Shown here piece after piece: positions 14,574-24,200 of a stretch of DNA of 57,902 nucleotides. The position numbers and the translations under genes are program-made. The stretch comes from Hydrolagus affinis (lineage: Eukaryota): contig JAAILG010002100.1 of NCBI GenBank assembly GCA_012026655.1, forward strand, positions 1 to 57,902, written 5' to 3'. The notes below the pieces were generated by a model, which was not told the origin of the DNA, did no database searches, and was given only the letters and a program-made list of their open reading frames with translations. Each line of letters starts with the position of its first letter. Position 1 is the first letter of the stretch.

Positions 14574-14866
14574 AATAATAATAATCCTTGCATTTGACAT
14601 AGTGCTTTTCACATCTTATCGACGACTCAAAGCACTTCACAGAATATACTGTAAAGTGAATTGGCTGTATATTTGTAGGCAGCCAATTGCGTACAGCAGC
14701 ATCCCCACAAACAGGCGTGGATTGAAAATGACCAATTTTTATTATTGCATTTTTTTGGAGGATTATTGTTAGGCATGTGGAGCAAGGAACTTGCCCAAGG
14801 TTTCACCTTGACCTGCCTGGATTCGAAACACAGGTTTCAGTTTGTAAGGCAAGTGCTCTAACTACA
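14574..14866 (-). mobile_element. Near full-length tRNA-headed SINE (main family)
   Basis: Runs from the tail (aat)n ccttgcatttg to the head ggattcgaaac...gtgctctaact. Confidence 0.9.
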
Positions 14867-16123
14867 AAACTCCATGAGGCGATATATCAAATGCAATGAT
14901 GATTTATTATCTTGTAGATGTGTGCTCATATCTTTGTGCACTAAGCATTAGCTAATGAGCAATTCAAATACTATACTACATTTATTTCTGTGGACGCTTT
15001 GTCTGTAGGTAAATTCAGTTAGATGAAAATCCTCAAATGGAAGGAAGGTTGTTTCAAGAGTGCATTGAAAATTCCAATTCCACCGAGGTCAAATAGCTAT
15101 CTTGACCTAGATAGGAATTTCTTTTGTTAAGAGACTTCTTTCTCTCTGCCTTGAAATATTTTCTAGAGCCCAACCACCCCACCCACCACTCACCCGAAAA
15201 TGGCCTCAGGCCATTCCCCTCCCGAGTCAGTAGCCACTGATGTGCGTGAGTGACATACAGTGAGTTCTCAGTCAAGACGTGTTTTGAGAAGTCGGGCAGG
15301 CAATAACTCAGCACTCTTGGCCTGTCAAACTCACTATAATGGGCATCCAGCAGCTGTGAAAATGCAATGCTGATCATGCCAATCTGCATAGGTGACACAC
15401 ATTTAATTCCTACCCAAAAGTGACGATCCATTTAGATGACTCCCCTTCATGAGCATGGAAATTTGGATGCTCGTGTAACTCTGGTTACGATCATTTCCAC
15501 TTGGCACGGGAAGAGATTTGATGATTTGGCTCAGAAACTCGTAGAGTCAGTGAAACCGTGCCTTGCTGGAACGCGGCATTTAAGCTGCCTTGGTCCCAAG
15601 TCAGCGTCTCGCGTTACTGACACGGTTGTAACAGAGAAACCAAATGCTGCAGATGACCCAAGACCAATTTAAACCATTCCAGAGAAAATAACGCAGTGAG
15701 GAATTACAATTACTGTACAAGCGCTTTGATTCTTACATCTCACGCTTTGCTCACTGTCGAGCGCTCTGGGGCATTACCCTGCGCGAGTGGTGCTACATCA
15801 ATGCAAATGGTTGTGGTGGTACATGGTGGTCTGAGAGAGACAAAGGGGATACGCATAATCCAGATTCCCTTCCCACACACACACATTTATCTATACTTGG
15901 TCAAATGAAGGTTGTATAGTCTACAGGATTAAAATTCCAGCGTCTGAGCTGTGGAACAGTAAGACCATGTTTGGGGTTTTTATTTGGCATTGGACGTGTG
16001 TGATGCTGCTATTTTCAATGCTCAACATTCAGCAAGTGGCTGGCTGATAAAAGCACACAGAGAATGAGAATCCAGGTTCCCCACAAGCAGGTACTACTTA
16101 GGCATCTGCACAAGCTATTGTGG

Positions 16124-16196
16124 AGCCCTGTAGCTTAGTGGTTAGAGCACTTGCGTCTCAAGTGAGAGGATCTGGGTTCGATTCCCGGCAGGGCGA
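16124..16196 (+). mobile_element. Isolated tRNA-like SINE head (tRNA pseudogene-like, 73 nt)
   Basis: Folds as a cloverleaf with A and B boxes. It matches the SINE heads at 10833, 55132 and 56928 and is followed by decayed SINE body rather than a T-run terminator. Confidence 0.75.
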
Positions 16197-17864
16197 GATG
16201 TCGTGCGTGTTTCCGTACAAATAGAGATCTTTAAATGACGTGCACGAACAGTCACGAGAGGGTCGTCTTAAATGGAGCATCTAAAAAGAATGCATTAAAA
16301 GGGGAAACAAAGTTCAGCAAGACTTCTTGAGTAGCTCATCATTATCTGACGTAGTCAGTTCTTGAAAAGAGTTTGGGTTCCGAGTGAGGTTAGGCGGCTA
16401 TCCCTCGGGGAAGTTGGTGGTTCCTACGAAACGCCATCGAGATGCCAACCTCACCCAGGAACTCCAAAGCGGGCAAACTGGCTTGGCCTGACCTCGGAAA
16501 CAGTTACCGAGCTCCTCGTGTTGGTTTCGGTGCAGGCTCGGGCATTGGCAATTGGAAGCCCCAGCGAGTCCACGGCCTCAAAAACTTTCATGTTGCCGGA
16601 AGTGCCTGAAATTGCGAGTTCTCTGTGAATCTAAACTTGCTTGCTGTTGGCTGGCACCTGCTTATCTGCAGCTCCGGGGCTGCCTTCAAGCTGTTGGGTT
16701 GATGTAGTTATGCAGACAAGTAAAGCGAAACGCCTGGGAATGGTGCCACTACAGGCACAGGAATGTGAGTCGGCGCATTCGCGGCGTTAGCCAAATCACG
16801 ACCCATAAAGTATTCCTTTGTCGCCCCACGTTGCAAACAGCAAAACGGGGCCCCATTGTGGATGGTTCTATTTCCTCTCTTTCTCGTTCTGTTGCGAAAA
16901 ACAAATAACACAAAATCTAAAAATAGAGACACAGAGGGAGCAATAGCAGAGAGGTACTTGTATCAGTGGCTGAGTGGCTGAGTCACACTGATCTGAAAGG
17001 TGAATAAGAGGTTTGCACTCTGCCTGGCTCACACATGCAGTTCAAAGCAAACCGTAGCCTTTTATCGCAAGGCCTTTGATTTTTTTTTGGGGTTCTGTTT
17101 GTTTTCTGGGATTTTTTTGTACGTTGGTTCAAGGACACATTTATTGACTAGGCGGCTGATTTTTTTTTATCAAGAGGTAGAATGTCAATGTTCTGGCTGT
17201 GCCCACTTTAACCCTGGCTCAATTCCAGCTGTGTCTGTGGCACAAATGAAACGTGGGATGAAAAGAGGCTTCGCCAGACAAAATACCAATAGTTACCACG
17301 GTCATGGAAATAAATTAGGAGTTAGGAGGTGAAGTGCCCTATGCCCTATTTACACTGCACTCAGCCTTTGTGCGTGCTGGACTGACGTCAGATTTGCAAC
17401 ATAATATTGCTGATTTGGGAAATGTAGACTTCAGCGCAGGTAGTAATGAGGTTGTGGACGAGGTTCTGTTGTATTGTCGGATCCTTGGCTGTCCGGTTGT
17501 TCCAATTTCTAATGACTGAAAACAATTTATTAATCCTGTCTGCTCTTTAAAATCATTAGGGATCATGCCAGAGGTCAAGGATTTGATACTCAGAACCTTT
17601 TTTACATCACTTGAGGGTGCCTTTCACAGAGCGCGCTGAGCTTGCCCTTAGCTAGGGCCCATTGTCAACGAGTGAATGTGTGAGCTTTCTTTATTCCACA
17701 TCTAACCCATCTGACCTGGTATATTACACTGGTCCTTTGTATCTAAGCTAACAGTATATGGCTTGAGGGTGATTCAGAGGACAGTAAGGAGGAGGTTTTG
17801 TTACGTATATGACCTCTACTGCACATGATCTGAAGTAGTAGAGTTTGAATTGTCAATATTAATA

Positions 17865-17995
17865 ATAATAATAAAATAATAATAATCCATGCGTTTAATT
17901 TAGCACCTTGTCACACCTTTGAGGAGCCTCAAAAGCGCTTCACAGGAGACACTGTAATGTGAATTAACTGTACAGTATATGTTGGGGGTGAAAAG
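17865..17995 (-). mobile_element. SINE 3' fragment (main family)
   Basis: (aat)n...ctcaaaagcgcttcacagg...actgtaatgtgaattaactg. Confidence 0.75.
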
Positions 17996-18123
17996 CAAAT
18001 GAACGAGATGATTCGGAGAGGAAGTAATTGGGCGAATAACCGTGAAAAGAATTCAGCCGAATGTGACGATTGTGAAAACGTCATCTCAACATTTGTTTTT
18101 GTTTTTCCTCCTCCTCCACCTAG

Positions 18124-18258
18124 GTGCTTTTCTTATTCCCTATTTTATCTTCCTGATCGGGGGAGGTCTGCCTGTGTTCTTCCTGGAGGTAGCACTTGGT
18201 CAGTATACCTCTGAAGGAGGAATCACCTGTTGGGAGAAACTCTGCCCCATTTTCTCTG
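18124..18258 (+). CDS. slc6a6: slc6a6 coding exon (TM2), 135 bp
   Basis: Pyrimidine tract, then cctag|GTGCTTTT...TTCTCTG|gtgagt. Encodes (G)[44 protein letters not shown]. Confidence 0.96.
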
Positions 18259-21200
18259 GTGAGTTACAATGTCCAATATTTACCGCCTTAATTCCCAAAA
18301 AAAACTGACTCCGTTCGTCTTGTGTTCCCGTTCGTGGGGGCTTGAACCAAAGTAGCGAAGGTGGGGACAGGCTGAATGAAGTCTCTTGCAGGTCAGTTCA
18401 CTGTCTCGCTGGCCAAGGTGAGACACATATGGAGGTGAGTGATGTTACAAGAGAGAGCGAAAGCAGAACCTTGTGAGCAAGCAGAAATCATGTTGGTTTG
18501 ATTGGGCTGTAGTGATGTTGCATGCACTAGTCCTGAGCTTTTAGTGTTGCCTTATCTTCTCAGCGGTTTGATGGATTTCCACGTCCAATACAATGTCATT
18601 TATGGTAAGAAAAATGAACCTCGAAAAGGTATTTCTCGGGTGGGGAGTGGGTTTGGGGGGTGGGGGGGGGGTGGTGGGGAGTGGGTTTGGGGGGTGGTGG
18701 GGGGGGGGTGGGGTGGGTCGCGGTGTGTGGAGGAGGGGAGAAAGCCCTCATTTTCAAAGCTAACATGTAAGTAATGTGTGATTTCTCCTGTAATATGTTG
18801 CTGTTTGTAACGGTTGTCTGGCCCGGTGATGGCCACCCTCAGGTGGTTGCTGCTGGAGAGATCAGTCCTGTGTAGAAGTTGGGTCAAGAGTGGGTTGCAC
18901 TTGGCTCAGAATGCCTTTCACCATGGATTACTGAAACTTGCTGCCCATGCTCGCTCTTTAAGAATGGTCTTTTGAGCAATGCCCTAGAAGGTTGTCAGCC
19001 TCTTATGTAACTGTACCCCTCGCCCCCAATATAATTTAGCCTCTTCCTAAGAGAAGGGATGCGGGCGGAAATTGGGAGAAAAGAATTGATGCTAAACACT
19101 GGCATTCTCTCCATAGACTGCTTTCCATAGTTGTTTGTTGAAACCCCAAAAATGGACAGGATTTTCTGAAGCCCTGTGGGGAGTATTTAACATTTACCTG
19201 CTAACCCAATGCATTCGTTGCCTGAATCGGTTTTGCATTAAAGGAATCACATTGAATTTTGCAGTTCAGCTTATTGTAAAATGAATGATGCTTTTTTTTT
19301 TTACGTGGATTAATATGCTGTTGAAGAGAAAGAAAAAAAAAACACCCTTTGGTTTGGTATTTAGATACAGAAATGATCATTCTAGGCAATTCAAAAAATA
19401 TGAAAGGAGATTACCTTGTTACGATCAGTGGGGATGTAATACCAAGGGAAGAGGGGAGTTATCGACAGTTAGTCTCGTGCTGAGCTCATGGTATTACCCA
19501 TGGGTTAGGTTTCCGGATCTCACCAGTGCTGGAGCAAGGAGGTGCTTGGCAGAGCCCAGAATGTACCCAACCGGGAACTGAAAAATAATTGGAGGGAGTT
19601 TAAACCTGGACCTATGATGAACACCTTCTAGAAGCCAGTATTGGCCTGACAGTGGGTTTCTTCCACTCCCTCTCTATCACGGATGTCAGTGTTGTACGGG
19701 AAGACCGATAAATGATTAGAGAGGTTATTAATAAAAAAAATTAAAAACTAAAATAGGAGCACCATAGATAGCAGTGGCTTTTACTGAGAACATGTATTCC
19801 TACCCCCTACTAACCATAACACTCTTCTCTCACTGGCTGTTAAGGGTCAAGGTGAAATGAGTTCTAGGGGGTTGGTTTCAGAAGCCACGAAGTCCACATT
19901 TGCATGATCCAGCTCTGCTTTGGCAATCTCACTTGCCTGTCGGCTGGCTTAACAAAGATGGTCATTAAAGGACGCTAGGTGTTTTTGTTTTTTTTGTAGG
20001 GGGCGGGTAACGGGGGGGGGGGGGCGGTGGGATTTGGTCTAGTTAAGTAAGAAAGAAAAGAGAAACAAAACGGAAGAAAAATAGAAAATAATCGGGGTTG
20101 CCACCTTCTAGCCTAGTGAGCACAACACACTTGAATTCGGGGGATATTAAGAGAGAGAAAGAGAAAAAAAAGAGTTTAAATGTTGACCGCTAGACTTTTT
20201 TTTAAAAAAGGATTATGTTCTGTTTTGGCTGAGTAGGAATCGGCTGTGCATCCATCGTCATTGTGTCCCTCTTGAATATATACTACATCGTGATTTTGGC
20301 TTGGGGACTCTACTACCTCTTCCAGACCTTTCGGGATGAGCTGCCCTGGGCTACATGTAACCATGTCTGGAACACCCCGAACTGCATTGACGACAAACTG
20401 AGGAAGAATGTCTCCCTGTGGCTGTCTGCCAACGCCACCAACTTCACATCTCCTGTGACAGAATTTTGGGAGTAAGAAAGCCAAAAGTATTCCACTTTGA
20501 TGATAATTTTACTCAGGGTCCCTTGGCCATAACTAGATCTAGTAGAAAAAAATATACACAATGGAAGAAAAAGCCATACTCGGCGGTCTGATACATAAAG
20601 AATTATTTTTCCATGTGCTTTGAAGACCAATGCTGATTCCTTCTTCAAATTCCAATGAAACGAGCAGTACCCCTACCGCCCATCCCCACCGACCCCACAC
20701 CCCTCCCCGGTGATTGGTTGTGTGTGCTACTGAGCCATACAACCAGGAAGGTGTGAGGTTCCATCCCTGGTCTGTGTTGAGTTAGCAGATCTTATTAGCT
20801 GGAAGAGAGTTAGCGGGCACTACAACTGACCTCAGCGTATCTGAGGCAGGCGAGGGAACGTAACCCAAATTTCCCACTCTTGATCTATGTCCAATGATCC
20901 CATCTGGAACAGCATGCGTTATGGATATTGGGTGAGGACAGTATCAAGCAGGCCCTATCTGGACAAATAACTTAATTGTCGACACTCATTGTTCACTCTA
21001 CCCTGTAGAAGAATGATCACTTTGGTTGCAAAAACTACCTGTATACGTCTGCTATTGGTACTGAACTGGCAATCTCACTAGGAGACGCCACAAGTAAAGA
21101 TGACGCGGGAAATGGAAAATGTCACACAGGTGCAATAGGGGTGTTCTTCTGAGGCTACATTTAAGGCTAGAGTACAGGAGTCTTGATTCCACTTCTAATC

Positions 21201-24200
21201 CTGTACTTGATGAGCAGGTTTGAAGGAGCTAAACTCCATGTCAAACGTATGCTAAATCTTGCCCGGGAGCACCACAATCTGGGATTTTGTGCCCAAAGTG
21301 GGGAGAATATTCCTATTCATTCCCCAGGATTGACATCCGTCATCTAACTTTGAGTAGTTACCGCAAAAAAATTAAGTAAAAACAAAACGCGTGAGACGAG
21401 ATCCGTTCAGCAGATTTTCTCAACATATTATTCAAAACACCGAACTATTTTGTAGCTTCCATTATCTTACAACAAACAACAGCAGCAGCAAATTGCATTT
21501 GCATTGCGCTTTTCACGTCGGTATCTTAACCATACCATTTTTTTTAATACATATTAGGGTTATCCCCCCGCGGAATTGGATGGGCAGAGCATGGCTGGAT
21601 ATCAAGGGCAACAATCCAGAACATTGTTTATACTGTATAGGTCTCCGGGAAACCTCCCAACCGTTCATGGGACCCTTATCTTTGACCTACAGAGGCCATT
21701 GCAGCTTTCTGCTATGATGTTGCTGTCGCAAAAAGAGTAAATGGGATTCATTTTAAAAAAAAAAGCTAGCATTTTGATTTTTTTGCATGCCAGCTTAATC
21801 CCTCAGAGCCCCCTCGGCACGCTCTTCTGCTTTCAGTGACTATACGAAAGTTGCTTGGTGGTACTTGAATTGGAAATGTAGCACATCTTGCTGGCTTCTC
21901 TTGTTTTTCGGCCCGATTGTAAGTGAAACAAACGTTTCTTCTCTCGTTTGATAGACGGAACGTGCTGAGCCTGTCCAGTGGAATCGATGACTTGGGCACA
22001 CTGAAATGGGATCTGGCGCTGTGTCTGCTTGCGGTGTGGGTCATCTGCTTCTTCTGTATCTGGAAAGGAGTCCGTTCGACGGGAAAGGTGAGCGTGCCAC
22101 TTCTGTGTTGCCTTTCGTGTGTTAGGTTGGCAGCATTTGGGGGGGGTGAGGGGGGGGTTGTCATTACCAAATGCACTTTTGGCAATCGGAAGTCTGTGTT
22201 GACAGAGGCTGAGGTCTTTTTGGTCAGCTGGGTGTTTGACACACACAACACAATACAGTACAAAATTATATTTGTAAAGTGCCTATCACATCAGAAGGAT
22301 ATATCATGCGCAACATCACGATTAAGAGTTCCTAATCAGATATGTGTGCCACCTACACACGGAGATTTCTGTGTCTCTGGAATAGACTGGAGACTCGCTT
22401 CCCTCCCTCTCTCACTACACAGTCACACCCTCCTTACCTAATTCCAGAATGTATTTGGTGCTCCTTTATGGAGCTCAGTGTGTACATTGAGGTTGTGCTG
22501 GATGGAGTTCAGCCAGCTAAAAGCAAATAGCTTGGCATTGAGAACAGTGAAGACATTATTAGTATTATTCTCTGCCCTCCCCAAGTCTTGACAGTGAACT
22601 AGGCTGGCTGAGCTGTGACCTGCAGACCCTTGAAGCATTCTGGACTTAAGATTTAATTGTTCTTCACATAAGAATAATGGAACAATGAAATGTACATATG
22701 TGTTTGCTAAGTTTTGCTAGTGTGAACAATATGTAGCTATTTCTAATATTTTAATAATAATCCTTGCATTTGATACAGTGCTTTTCACATCTTCTAGACG
22801 TCTCAAAGCGCTTCGCAGAATATACTGTAAAGTAAATTGACAGTATATTTGTGGGCGAAACGAGGCAACCAATTGCGCACAGCAGTGTCCCACAAACAAT
22901 TGTGGATTCAAATGACCAATGTATTATTGCTGGGTTTTTTGAGGGATTATTATTAGGCACGTGGAGTAAGGAAACTTGCCCAAGGTTTCGTCTTGCCTGG
23001 AATTGAATCCAGGTATCTCGCTTGTAAACAAATCCTTTCTCTTCGACCGAGCTTTTGGTCACCTTCCTGCCCCTGTCCCTGGCTCGGTCCCGGGATCCGC
23101 TACTGTGAAGCGCTCTGAGACGCCGTCTGGCGTGGAGGGCGCTATATAAATCGAAGTTGTTGTTGTTTAACCACTGAGCAACAGGTCTCAATTTGAACCT
23201 TTTTAGATTCTGCTAATGCAGCTGTGAGCTCGATTATCTGGGTGTTCGAAATCTCAAATGATCAATAATTAAACTTCAAGGAATGAATTTATTTATTGAT
23301 TGATTGAGAGTAAATATAATATAAGCCTGAGTCAGTTACAGTCAACACCCTCCTGAGTCAGGAATCAGATGACCAAGCCTTCCACGAATCAGATGACCAA
23401 GCCTTTTTTGATTGCAACATATCCATGGCCATGCATGTCACATTGGGGCCAGCCTTTCGGATACCGAAAGATGGAAATAGCAATGTTTTTTTTTGTAGTG
23501 GGTGGGTGGGGTGGTGGTAATCCACTGAATCCACCAAACTATTTCACGTATGGGAGCCATTTCAGTGGCAACCTACCATTGAAGGCTCGGGATGCAAAGC
23601 TACCCGCAACCCATTTCTTTTGGCTATTTATTGTAAGAGAATCCAGTGGGCATTCATTACGTGCAAAGTTACAGAGTTACAAGTGATACAGTTTACTTGC
23701 TTCATTGGTTGCCACGCGTGTAACTTTGCACATGTGGACAACCGGATATTTTTTTTTTCCACACCAGGTTGCACAAAGGTAATTCATTGTTCCTATTTTT
23801 AAGGTCAGCGTACAGAAAGAAATAGTATACGCTTAGATGATAATAATAAAATAATAATCCTTGCATTTGATACTAGCGCTTCTCTCACATCTTCTAGACA
23901 TCTCAAAGCGCTTCACAGAATATACTGTAAAGTGAATTGAATTGTATACTTGTGGGCGAATTAAACTTTAGAGACAGACAGTGCGAGAGACAAAGACAAG
24001 AGAGAAATATAGCACAAGAGGCTAGCCTAGAAAATAGCCTTTTGGTGATAATAATGATGATGATAATCCTTGCATTTGATATAGGGCTTTACTATGTCAT
24101 CAAGGTGTCTAAAAGACCTCAGATACTCCACCTCCCAACTCTTTCTTTGTTAATCCTATCTCTCAGAAAGACAATACCTCTTATTTTTCCAGCTGACTCT

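Noticed and set aside
16124-16196. Functional tRNA-Glu(CTC) gene
   Set aside because: The sequence matches the SINE heads in the window, has G32, a 1:72 mismatch and two GU pairs in the anticodon stem, and has no oligo-T terminator.
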